From positions 1-37,790 of IMG/VR virus record IMGVR_UViG_3300012808_000001: 37,790 nt of DNA, one strand, 5' to 3'. The position numbers and the translations under genes are program-made. The notes below the pieces were generated by a model that saw only the letters and a list, made by a program, of their open reading frames with translations, searched no databases and had not been told where the DNA came from. Shown here one piece after another: positions 16,669 to 24,612 of this stretch; positions within the stretch are counted from its first letter, which is position 1; each line of letters opens with the position of its first letter. Origin of the DNA: a virus (Duplodnaviria; Caudoviricetes).

Positions 16669-18711
16669 TTAATAAAGGCTGATGGGGCTGAAAAGCTCTT
16701 CGTCAGCCAGCTGGCGCGACGGGCTGGGCCGCGTTGGCGCGCGTGGCGGCGCGACTTCATTGCCCTGCGATGGCGACTGGGCAGCCTGGGCCGGGGCGAT
16801 GTTGAAGAGGTCTTGCGGGGGCTGCACGGTTTGCTCCAGCTGCAGCCAGCGGGCCTCGGGCCATTTATGGACGCCCAGGCACATGGCGGCGTGCAGTGCG
16901 TAGTTGCGGCAGTCCAGCACTTCGTTACGCGGACGGCGCTTGACCCAGCGGTACACGTCCTTGCCGTTGACCTTGACGAGCACGCGCTGCTCTGCGGTGA
17001 GCTGTTCGTACCATTCGCGCGGCAGCTTCTGGCTGGTGTGCACGTAGCCGGGGCCGGGTTTGTCGATGGCGAGCTGGCCCAGCAGCAGGTCTTTGGCGCT
17101 GTCCACGCCCACCAGCCAGAGCTTGATGCCGTGCGATATCTTGCGGCCGCGGTAGTTGACTTCTTGCAGGCTGCTGGGGCCGACGATGTTGCGGTTGTCG
17201 TTGTTGTCGCCCTTGATGGCGCGCAGGCCGGCAAGCTGCCCTTGCGCGCTGCGCACCCAGTTGTAGACGGCCTGGGTCTGGTCGGACGAGTCGATGCTGA
17301 TGGCACTGAGCCCCAGGCTGCCGCCGTGCCAGGCCTGCACGTAGCGCTGCTGCAGGTATTGGGTGACGGGCTCCCAGTCGGACTCGCTGGCGGGGTTGCC
17401 CTGAATGACCTGGTGGGCAATGGCCCAACTTTCCAGCCCGCGGCCCCAGGCCCAGATGGCGATCTCCCACCGGTCGCGCTGCACGTCGACCCCGGCGGTG
17501 AGAAGCAACGCGCCGGCGGGCACGCGGCCCAGGGGGTAGTCTTCGGCCCGGGCCTGCAGGGCGTGTTCGTCGCTGCTGTCGCCTTTGAGCTCCCAGGTCT
17601 CGCCCAGGGTTTCGTTGGTGAAGCCGGTCATGGGCCCCACATCGCCAGCCTGCAGGGCGCGGTGGGCCTTCTCGAATTCATCGACGATGCTGACCCAGGT
17701 GCGCTGGGGGCTGTAGGCGGCCCAGACATGCACGCCCAGGGTGCGCGGCGGACGGCAGGGCTGGCCTGCAGCGTCGCGCCAGATGCGGTCTGCGCCGTAG
17801 CGGCGGCCTGTCTTTTTGCAGACCCAGGTGCCGGTGAGCGGCCAGCCGCCGGGCAGGTAGTCGGCCTGGGTAATGCTCTCCAGGCAATGGGGGCAGACAT
17901 GGTGCACGCTGGCGGGTTGGCCTTTGACCCATTTGAAGCCGTAGGGCAGCTCTTTGCTGCCCCAGACGAGCGGGTGCTCTGCGCTGCAGTGCGGGCATTC
18001 GATGTGGTACTGGACGTAGGCGTCGGATTCTTCGCAGGCGCGCTCCACATGGCACATGCCTTTGACGCGGGGCGTGCTGCCGCCGACGAACTTGGGGTAT
18101 GGCGCGCCTTCCAGCCGGCCCTTGGCCAGGCTGCCAGGGTCGCCGGATTTTTCGATGCTCTGGTCGAAGGCGCTCCATTCGTCGAGGATGGAGACGGCCA
18201 CGGTGATGCGGCGGTAGGCCCGCGCGGCCTTGCCGCCCAGCAGGTGCAGTACGCTGTCGCGAAAGGGTTTGTATTTGATGGTGTCCTCCACCCCCTTGCC
18301 CTGGCGGCGCGCGGCCTGCACGGCGGCCACGCCGTCGAGCACGGGCTCGATCTCGCTTTTGACGTAGCTGTCTCGGTCGTCGTCGGTGGGCTGCCACAGC
18401 GCCTGTTTGCGGCGGCGGTGGGCGATGTTGTAGGCGACGAAGGCGGTGATCATCTTGGTATAGCCCACGCGCTTGCTCTTCTTGACGGACAGCTCTTCCA
18501 CACGGTCGTCGCTCATGAAGTCGAGAATGCCGAGCTGAAAGGGCCAGCCGACCCAGCCGCCCTTCTGGTGGCTGGATTCGCCAGCCAGCAGAAAGTGCTC
18601 TGCCGCCCATTCGCTAAGGGTTTGCGGTGCATCGGCCCGCAGGCTGGACAGGCCCAGCGCATTGGCAGCCTGGATGGCGGCCATGGCTTCGGGGCTGAGG
18701 GGTGCGCTCAT
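16669..18711 (-). CDS. terL: Terminase large subunit, GpA family
   Basis: KSKRVGYT, LDEWS, GSTP, CPHC zinc motifs, GVDVQ nuclease motif, RNEVLDC. Confidence 0.96.
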   Translation of the reverse strand: MSAPLSPEAMAAIQAANALGLSSLRADAPQTLSEWAAEHFLLAGESSHQKGGWVGWPFQLGILDFMSDDRVEELSVKKSKRVGYTKMITAFVAYNIAHRRRKQALWQPTDDDRDSYVKSEIEPVLDGVAAVQAARRQGKGVEDTIKYKPFRDSVLHLLGGKAARAYRRITVAVSILDEWSAFDQSIEKSGDPGSLAKGRLEGAPYPKFVGGSTPRVKGMCHVERACEESDAYVQYHIECPHCSAEHPLVWGSKELPYGFKWVKGQPASVHHVCPHCLESITQADYLPGGWPLTGTWVCKKTGRRYGADRIWRDAAGQPCRPPRTLGVHVWAAYSPQRTWVSIVDEFEKAHRALQAGDVGPMTGFTNETLGETWELKGDSSDEHALQARAEDYPLGRVPAGALLLTAGVDVQRDRWEIAIWAWGRGLESWAIAHQVIQGNPASESDWEPVTQYLQQRYVQAWHGGSLGLSAISIDSSDQTQAVYNWVRSAQGQLAGLRAIKGDNNDNRNIVGPSSLQEVNYRGRKISHGIKLWLVGVDSAKDLLLGQLAIDKPGPGYVHTSQKLPREWYEQLTAEQRVLVKVNGKDVYRWVKRRPRNEVLDCRNYALHAAMCLGVHKWPEARWLQLEQTVQPPQDLFNIAPAQAAQSPSQGNEVAPPRAPTRPSPSRQLADEELFSPISLY

Positions 18712-19268
18712 GCGGCGTCGCCCTCCTCTGCGCTGCCTGCTCTGATATCAAATGCTGCGGTCTCGTCTGCGTCGAGCTGCGCCATGGCTTCGACCTCTTT
18801 GTTGACCAGCTGGGAGGTGGAGCGGATCCATTCGTTGCGCGCGTCGGCCATGATGCGCAGCACGATCAGCAGCACCTCTTGCGGCAGATCCGGGCAGGCC
18901 TTGCGCACCTGGCCTTCGAACTGGTCCATGCGATCGACAATGGCCGAGCTGGCCAGCCCGAGCACGTCGGCCAGAATGCCGATGGGCGCGAACTCACCAC
19001 GGGCGACGGCGTTCTTCAGCTCCTGCGCCTCGCGCTGGGCCTTGGCCAGGCCGGCGCGTTCTTGGACCAGGTCGAGGCCGCCCAGCTCGCCGCTCATGCG
19101 CCCGGCCGCAACTTCACGCAGGCGGTTGCAGTAGGCGGTGAGCAGCTCGGCCCAGGTGCCGCCGGTGGGTAGCTTGCCATCGGCCATGAGGGCGCTGACG
19201 TTCTGCTGAGACACTCCGATAACGCTAGCAAACTCCGCTTGTGTGGGGCGGGCTTCAAGCTCAATCAT
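18708..19268 (-). CDS. terS: Terminase small subunit (Nu1-like)
   Basis: N-terminal HTH (TQAEFASVIGVSQQNVS), YCNRLREVAAGR, coiled coil ERAGLAKAQRE; overlaps the terL start. Confidence 0.85.
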   Translation of the reverse strand: MIELEARPTQAEFASVIGVSQQNVSALMADGKLPTGGTWAELLTAYCNRLREVAAGRMSGELGGLDLVQERAGLAKAQREAQELKNAVARGEFAPIGILADVLGLASSAIVDRMDQFEGQVRKACPDLPQEVLLIVLRIMADARNEWIRSTSQLVNKEVEAMAQLDADETAAFDIRAGSAEEGDAA

Positions 19269-19314
19269 CCTCACAATACAACCCCCTTAGGAAACTCACG
19301 AAACAGTCCGACAA

Positions 19315-19357
19315 CGCGGCTCGAATTACCCGCTTCAGAGGCTCGGCGGAAGGACCC
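19315..19357 (-). other. Putative cos site (cosQ GGGTCCT plus cosN-like 12-mer GGTAATTCGAGC)
   Basis: GGGTCCT (19357-19351) is identical to lambda cosQ. It is followed 20 nt later by GCG[GGTAATTCGAGC]CGCG, immediately upstream of terS. Confidence 0.6.
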
Positions 19358-19392
19358 GCGACCCTCACCCTGCCTATTTTTTGTGCAGTGCA

Positions 19393-19953
19393 TCAAACCT
19401 TCACCTCCAGGCCCAGGGCCATGCGTGCGGACTTGCCGGCGTAGTACGAGATGCTGGTGTCGCCACCCTCCATGCGGGCCACGATGCGGCGTGCCCAATC
19501 CTTGCCATCGTTGCGCTCCTGCAGGTTGACCTTCACAGGCGGAGCGGCCACTGGCACGGGCAATGCAGGCAGGCCCTGCTGCTGGGCATAGGTCTGGCGC
19601 GGCATGACTGCATCGCACATCTGCTCGAACTGCGGCAGATTGGGCGGGAAGTCGGGGTGCTCTGCGGCCAGGCGAGCAGCCGCGGCCTCCACCACGACGC
19701 CCGAGAAGCGCGACAGCTTGGCATCCCAGACCTTCATGGCCGAGATGGTCCCCTTGTCGTGCTTGCCAGCCATCTGGCCCGTGGCGAACTTGCTGGTGAA
19801 CAGGCTGCCGTATGAGCCGTGCAGCAGCATGAACAGCTTGCGAATCACAAGGCTGACCGCCTGCAGCGTGGCCTCTGCAGCCTCCTCGGCCGGATCGCGA
19901 TAGGCCTGCGGATCTCGCATGGCGTGGTCTGCAAGACTGGCAACATTCCTCAT
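19393..19953 (-). CDS. Replication protein P-like (putative helicase loader)
   Basis: ATGA overlap with the O-like gene; FPPNLPQFEQMC motif. Confidence 0.6.
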   Translation of the reverse strand: MRNVASLADHAMRDPQAYRDPAEEAAEATLQAVSLVIRKLFMLLHGSYGSLFTSKFATGQMAGKHDKGTISAMKVWDAKLSRFSGVVVEAAAARLAAEHPDFPPNLPQFEQMCDAVMPRQTYAQQQGLPALPVPVAAPPVKVNLQERNDGKDWARRIVARMEGGDTSISYYAGKSARMALGLEVKV

Positions 19954-20675
19954 TCCCAAACTCCGTCGAAGATGGCTGCTGCTGCACCAGCATGCTTGTG
20001 AGTGTTGGCTGGCTGACGGCCACCACTGCGGCGACCCGCCTCAGGTGCCATGTCGGGCTTGAACAAACCCTGCCAACCAGCAATGGCGGCGTTCTCCAGC
20101 GCTGCTGCGTGGTCCACGCCCTCGCGTCGCCAGGCATCGAGCTTGTCCACCGCCATCTGCTTTTGCGCATCGGTCGCCTTTTTGCGTTTGGCACAGGAAT
20201 GCCAGGCATCCCAGTGAGCCCGGTTGATCCAGTCCGGAACGACAAAGGTCGGCGCGGTCACGCGCTTGTCTTTTGGTTCTTGACGGTTCAATTGATGGTT
20301 CATTGATGGTTTGGGTGCAGCTGCTGCGGGGGTGGGGTGCAGCTCCTGCGGGGGTACCCCCGCAGCTGGTGCGGGACTGGGTGCAGCTGGTGCGGGGCGC
20401 ATTTCCTGCGGGGGTGCATATGCTGCGGGGGTCAGCTGGTACACGGTTGAGGTGCCGCTGCGCTCACTGGTGCGCAAAATCCCAGCAGCCGCCAGCCACT
20501 TGATCGCACCCTGCACCGCCCGTTCGGACAGGCAGGTGCGCACCGTGATGGTTTTGACAGACGGCCAGCAATAGCCATCGTCATTGGCCTGATCCGCCAG
20601 CGATATCAGAACTGCCTTTTGCGCTGCCGACATGCCCTGCATAGGCCAGCAGGCCGACATGATGATCGTGCTCAT
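19950..20675 (-). CDS. Replication initiator (O-like, N-terminal HTH)
   Basis: KAVLISLADQANDDGYCWPSV...LSERAVQGAI; contains iterons; C-terminal GWQGLF. Confidence 0.85.
   Translation of the reverse strand: MSTIIMSACWPMQGMSAAQKAVLISLADQANDDGYCWPSVKTITVRTCLSERAVQGAIKWLAAAGILRTSERSGTSTVYQLTPAAYAPPQEMRPAPAAPSPAPAAGVPPQELHPTPAAAAPKPSMNHQLNRQEPKDKRVTAPTFVVPDWINRAHWDAWHSCAKRKKATDAQKQMAVDKLDAWRREGVDHAAALENAAIAGWQGLFKPDMAPEAGRRSGGRQPANTHKHAGAAAAIFDGVWE
20280..20430. repeat. Replication origin iterons within the initiator gene
   Basis: About six copies of (gggt)GCA-N5-TGCGGG at 20313-20430, next to three TTGAYGGTT(CA) copies at 20280-20312. Confidence 0.75.
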
Positions 20676-20688
20676 ACTCTTCTCTCTA

Positions 20689-21030
20689 TCAGGCCAAAGT
20701 CACTTGGCGCGCCTTGCAGCGCACAGGCATCACGTCACGCTGGCGCGGCGACAGGCTGCAGCGGCGCGCAGTGCCCTCCTCCAGCCGTCCGGCGGCCAGC
20801 AGGGCATTGACGGTGCTGGCCACGCTGCACAGCTCCAGCCACTCGCCCGTCTGGGTGTTGTGGTAGTCGCGCAGCTCGCGCCGGCTCATGTCGCGCACGC
20901 CGTGCTGGTGGGCATGGCGCAGCGACTCGTACAGGCGCTCGTGCAAACGGCGGCGCGTTTCGTTGCCCAGAGCGCCAAACGCCTCGGCGCTGGTGTCGCG
21001 CCCAGTCACTACGGGTTGGGATTGCTGCAT
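20689..21030 (-). CDS. Hypothetical protein, possible winged-helix
   Basis: AGGAGG RBS before ATG 21030; MSRREL...SVASTVNALLAAGRL pattern. Confidence 0.65.
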   Translation of the reverse strand: MQQSQPVVTGRDTSAEAFGALGNETRRRLHERLYESLRHAHQHGVRDMSRRELRDYHNTQTGEWLELCSVASTVNALLAAGRLEEGTARRCSLSPRQRDVMPVRCKARQVTLA

Positions 21031-21101
21031 GGTCAAACCTCCTGATATCTGCACAGGCGGCTGCGCGCCTGCGCTCAAATTCGTTGCTGGGTTCATGGAA
21101 G

Positions 21102-21935
21102 TCATACGCCTGCGGCCTCACGCAAGCGGTAGCGGATACGGCGCTCCAGGTAGGCCGTGGCGTCAGCGCGCTTGGCCACCTTGTCCATGTCAAAGCGCGG
21201 CAGGTAGCCACGGCCCGGCCGCACAAACATCAGCACCGGGCGCACATCGGCACCGCCTGTGCCGCTGGCCGCCCAGATGCCCGGGGCCAGGTGTGCAGTG
21301 CGCTCGTCCTGCTCGCCCTTCTGGGTGATGCGCGGGCCGCCACGCGTCTTGCCGTAGGTCACGAAATAGCGCCGGCCCGCCTGCTTCTTGGTGCCGCGGT
21401 GCACGCGCAGGTAGCCCTTGGCGCTCATGTTGGCCTTGTAGCCCTGCTCGCCAAACGCCTGGAAGTAGCTGATCAGCTGCACCAGAAACGGCCCTCGCAA
21501 GTTGCCCTTGCCGTCATCGCTGCCGGGGTAAGGGCCACCTCTGGCCTCATCGGGTATAGCCGTCTGATATCCGGCAGGCAGGATGCCCGCACGCTTGAGC
21601 GCCACCTCGCTGCGCTTGTCGCGCCGGCGGCCGCCCCAGGTCTGGGCATCCAGAATCTTTTGCGGATCGATCCCCTTGCCGCCCATATAGGTCGGCTCGA
21701 TCGTCACGCTCAGCTTGGCGGCCGTGGCCATTCGCACAAACGGGCTGCGCAGGATGTAATCCGTAGGCCGGTCGAACACCGCGCGCATCTCGTCCTGCAT
21801 GGCGCGGCGGATCTCAAAGCCCGTATCGTTCAGCGCCTTGGCATAGGCCTTGGCGGCCTGTGCGCCCGTCAGGCCGTGGATCTGCCGCAGCAGCTCCGCC
21901 TGGTTCAGCACCCGCGCGCTCAGCTGGATATGCAT
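21102..21935 (-). CDS. Basic phage protein with FDRPT motif (possibly gpZ/neck-completion related)
   Basis: 277 aa, Arg/Lys-rich; AKALNDTG...FDRPTDY...GGRRRDKRSE; GGAGG RBS. Confidence 0.65.
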   Translation of the reverse strand: MHIQLSARVLNQAELLRQIHGLTGAQAAKAYAKALNDTGFEIRRAMQDEMRAVFDRPTDYILRSPFVRMATAAKLSVTIEPTYMGGKGIDPQKILDAQTWGGRRRDKRSEVALKRAGILPAGYQTAIPDEARGGPYPGSDDGKGNLRGPFLVQLISYFQAFGEQGYKANMSAKGYLRVHRGTKKQAGRRYFVTYGKTRGGPRITQKGEQDERTAHLAPGIWAASGTGGADVRPVLMFVRPGRGYLPRFDMDKVAKRADATAYLERRIRYRLREAAGV

Positions 21936-21936
21936 A

Positions 21937-22470
21937 TCAGCCCTCCTCCACCGGCGCCGGCACGCGCGCTGCCGCCGTGGCCAGCAGCTGGTTCAAGGCA
22001 GATATCAGCTCGTTGTAGCGGTACTGCAGCCGCTTGATCTCGTTGCGGCTCACCATGGCCTTGCCGCCACGAAAGGCGTCTGCCGCTGCGGATGTGAACT
22101 CGCCCACCTCCTGCTGCAAGGCCACAAACGCCTCCACCGGGTCGCCCGCGGCCTGGTCCGGCAAAGCGGGCACGCAGGTGTAGCCCAGGGCCGCCGCCAT
22201 GGCATGAAGAATTGCCGGGTTGCCCGACATCACCTGCAGCGCCACAGACTCGCGCAGCGTCAGGTGGTGCGTCGTGTTGTTCGGGTTCAGCTTGTTTTGC
22301 AGCGTATTGGCGCTCACGCCCATGCGCTCGGCCAGCACGCGCACGCCGCCCGGGTGGTTGTGTGCGATCAGGTATGCCGCATCCGTTACATCGGCAGGCA
22401 TCCGCATGTCGTTTTGGCGGCCTGCTTCGCCATTGTTTGCGCGGGGAGGGAAAGAGACACTGCTTCTCAT
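21937..22470 (-). CDS. Phage regulatory CII-family protein
   Basis: PGGVRVLAERMGVSANTLQNKLNPNNTTHHLTL motif; GAGGTG RBS before ATG 22470. Confidence 0.8.
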   Translation of the reverse strand: MRSSVSFPPRANNGEAGRQNDMRMPADVTDAAYLIAHNHPGGVRVLAERMGVSANTLQNKLNPNNTTHHLTLRESVALQVMSGNPAILHAMAAALGYTCVPALPDQAAGDPVEAFVALQQEVGEFTSAAADAFRGGKAMVSRNEIKRLQYRYNELISALNQLLATAAARVPAPVEEG

Positions 22471-22744
22471 GACCACACCTCACTTCTCAGGCGCATCACT
22501 GACGGCCGCCGCGCAGACAGCCAAGCAGACCCCCATCGTCCCCACACCCGAATGGGCCCACGCCATGGAGCTGCTGCTGCAGCAAATCGTCTTCGTCCTA
22601 GACGTCGAAGGCCGCGACAGCTTCACCACCCGCAAAGTCGCCCGCTGGAACAACCAGTGCATCCATGAAATGCTGCGCACCGGCAGCGTGCCCCTGCCCG
22701 TGATCGAAGAGCTGCAGCGCGTGGCCGTGCGGGTGCTGACGTGA
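22469..22744 (+). CDS. Hypothetical protein (91 aa), head-to-head with cII
   Basis: MTTPHFSG...; strong third-position G/C bias; shares the CATG at 22468-22471 with the cII start. Confidence 0.55.
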   Translation: MTTPHFSGASLTAAAQTAKQTPIVPTPEWAHAMELLLQQIVFVLDVEGRDSFTTRKVARWNNQCIHEMLRTGSVPLPVIEELQRVAVRVLT

Positions 22745-22832
22745 GGCTTCAGGGTCGAAATGAAACCGCCCTTGTTCTTGGATACGATGGCTGTGCAAAA
22801 ACAGCCAAGACATCTAAAGAGAGAGGGCATCA

Positions 22833-23327
22833 ATGGACGTATCAGCACTGGTCAGCTCCATCACTGGAGCTGCTCAACTTACCCGGCTGCTTGTCGACGA
22901 GCGCGATCGCCAGAAAACGGCGACCATCCAGATCGACCTCACGAACAAAATCGCTGAGGCACAAATTCAGCTCATGCAGGTACTCGGCACCATCATCGAA
23001 AAAGATGGGCTTATCCAGACCCTTTCCGAGCGCGTGCGAAAGCTGGAGGCCGATCAGAACGAGCAAGCTCGTTACCAACTTCGTAAAGTGGGCACTGTCG
23101 GGGATTTCTTTGCATATGAGCTCCGCGTTGCCGCTGAACTGAGTGAGCGCAGCGATGAGCCCCCGCACTTCCTGTGTCAGCCGTGCCTCGATATCCGCAA
23201 GGACAAGAGCATTCTGCGAACCAGCGGTATCTACTGCTTCTGTGACACCTGCAAGCGCAAGGTTCAAGTCCAACCCTTCGACTCGGACGGAAGCCGAAGC
23301 GTCATCAGCCGCGGGATCGATTGGTGA
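22833..23327 (+). CDS. Coiled-coil protein with C-terminal zinc ribbon
   Basis: 164 aa; GAGGG RBS; HFLCQPC and CDTC Cys pairs. Confidence 0.75.
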   Translation: MDVSALVSSITGAAQLTRLLVDERDRQKTATIQIDLTNKIAEAQIQLMQVLGTIIEKDGLIQTLSERVRKLEADQNEQARYQLRKVGTVGDFFAYELRVAAELSERSDEPPHFLCQPCLDIRKDKSILRTSGIYCFCDTCKRKVQVQPFDSDGSRSVISRGIDW

Positions 23328-23777
23328 TGTACTTTCAGTGGCACGGAGTGGCTCAAAACCGAGATCACGCAAGGCCTGCCTACCATCCGAGCTCTGGGCC
23401 AGTAAATCTCGCAGCTCCATGGCAGCGGCCATAAAGCCTGCTCGGGCAGACCCCTCCTCCCTTGCCACATCCGTTGGAAAGGTAGGAAATGCGATGTGTG
23501 AACCAGCTGCACTGAACCAGCGAGCAGCACATGCAGCAACATCAACAGGAGATAAAACGCGCAACGGCGTCACTTGCGCGCGACGAGATAGTTCCCCAAC
23601 CGGAACCATCTCGACAGGCTTACCCGCAACAGACGGCCTCGATATAGGCAGCGGAATGACAACAGCCCCAAGCCCCGCCCAGCGCATTACTTCCTCAAAG
23701 CTTGTAGTGAAGCCTGGCCGTACCAAATCAGCATGCTCAATGCGCCACGCGCAGGCAGAGATAGCGGACTTAGCCAT
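22842..23777 (-). CDS. Hypothetical early protein; distal half is antisense to 22833-23327
   Basis: CAGGAGG RBS + ATG 23777 coupled to the upstream stop; the distal half may be a shadow frame. Confidence 0.45.
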   Translation of the reverse strand: MAKSAISACAWRIEHADLVRPGFTTSFEEVMRWAGLGAVVIPLPISRPSVAGKPVEMVPVGELSRRAQVTPLRVLSPVDVAACAARWFSAAGSHIAFPTFPTDVAREEGSARAGFMAAAMELRDLLAQSSDGRQALRDLGFEPLRATESTSPIDPAADDASASVRVEGLDLNLALAGVTEAVDTAGSQNALVLADIEARLTQEVRGLIAALTQFSGNAELICKEIPDSAHFTKLVTSLLVLIGLQLSHALGKGLDKPIFFDDGAEYLHELNLCLSDFVREVDLDGRRFLAIALVDKQPGKLSSSSDGADQC

Positions 23778-24309
23778 GAGCAGCCTCCTGCGATATCTGA
23801 GGCACTGCGCTAAATTGCCCATGTGCGTCAAAGCACGACTTCTCAGCGCCAAGCCAGTCATGCTTGGCAACTCCAACCCCAACGCCCATCAGGAAAGAGA
23901 GCAATATGAGACCCGTCGCATACAGCCACAAGACTCGACATGGCACCTTCTGGATTGCCATACAGCAAGACATGCGCTGGCACATCGTGTTTGATGGGGA
24001 CTCCCTGGGCTCATATGCCAGCCCGCAGCCAGCAGCTGAAGAACTGGCCAATGGATACACCTTCTGGCCCAGCTTTGGTGACCCCAGCGGGCTAGGCATC
24101 CCCGAAGACCTGGGCGATTGGACTCCGCACCTCCCCAGATAAGACGCCGCGGTATCCACCAAACCATGCGCACTTTCCACCGGCAGCCGTATGCGCAGCA
24201 CCTCAGCGTCACACGCAAACGAGAAGCAGATCCAGCCGTCGCTTACCGGCGTCGTGCCGCGCCACTGCACAGGTTGATAGTGAGCAAGATGAGACGCGGG
24301 CTTAGCCAT
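23770..24309 (-). CDS. Hypothetical early protein after cro, with a C-terminal hydrophobic segment
   Basis: CAGGAGG RBS + ATG 24309 overlapping the cro stop; 179 aa. Confidence 0.5.
   Translation of the reverse strand: MAKPASHLAHYQPVQWRGTTPVSDGWICFSFACDAEVLRIRLPVESAHGLVDTAASYLGRCGVQSPRSSGMPSPLGSPKLGQKVYPLASSSAAGCGLAYEPRESPSNTMCQRMSCCMAIQKVPCRVLWLYATGLILLSFLMGVGVGVAKHDWLGAEKSCFDAHGQFSAVPQISQEAAHG
23906..24142 (+). CDS. Small hypothetical protein nested antisense in 23770-24309
   Basis: 78 aa MRPVAYSHKT...LGSYASPQPAAEELANGYTFWP; globular composition, GC3 bias, purine-rich leader. Confidence 0.6.
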   Translation: MRPVAYSHKTRHGTFWIAIQQDMRWHIVFDGDSLGSYASPQPAAEELANGYTFWPSFGDPSGLGIPEDLGDWTPHLPR

Positions 24310-24535
24310 GAGCAGCCTCCTGACCGGATTGAGGCAGAGATACTGACTTCGCAAACGGCGGCGGCAAACCCTCGACATTTCGACGAGTCCATGCCGCAAG
24401 AACGCGGTCTGCAACCTTGTCGCTGAGAACGTCAGGCCACTTGTCGACGGCCTGGTAAGACACACCCAAAGCGGCCGCCACTTCTCTGGTGGAGCCACCC
24501 AGCATTTCTATGGCCTCTGTTTTTCGGATCGTCAT
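24302..24535 (-). CDS. cro: Cro-like repressor
   Basis: EAIEMLGGSTREVAAALGVSYQAVDKW HTH; divergent from cI. Confidence 0.88.
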   Translation of the reverse strand: MTIRKTEAIEMLGGSTREVAAALGVSYQAVDKWPDVLSDKVADRVLAAWTRRNVEGLPPPFAKSVSLPQSGQEAAHG

Positions 24536-24541
24536 GCCTCA

Positions 24542-24612
24542 AGTTTAACCTTAGTTAAAACATGAAAGCAACCATAGTTAGTATTGATTCCGCCATGATT
24601 TCAACCATGGTT
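24542..24612. promoter_or_regulatory. Immunity region: three operators plus PR/PRM-like promoters
   Basis: AACCTTAGTT 24547-24556, AACCATAGTT 24570-24579, AACCATGGTT 24603-24612. Minus strand TTGCTT-N18-TAAACT before cro; plus strand CATGAT 24594-24599 before cI. Confidence 0.8.

Larger units (their letters stand above)
23769..24322. repeat. 22-bp direct repeat cttagccatgagcagcctcctg at 23769-23790 and 24301-24322
   Basis: Exact match read directly; on the minus strand it is an RBS + start + stop junction. Confidence 0.9.

Noticed and set aside
16633-19134. 833-aa plus-strand ORF
   Set aside because: Shadow of the terminase genes.
20280-20430. Possible CRISPR-like or VNTR array
   Set aside because: No unique spacers; located inside the initiator gene where iterons are expected.
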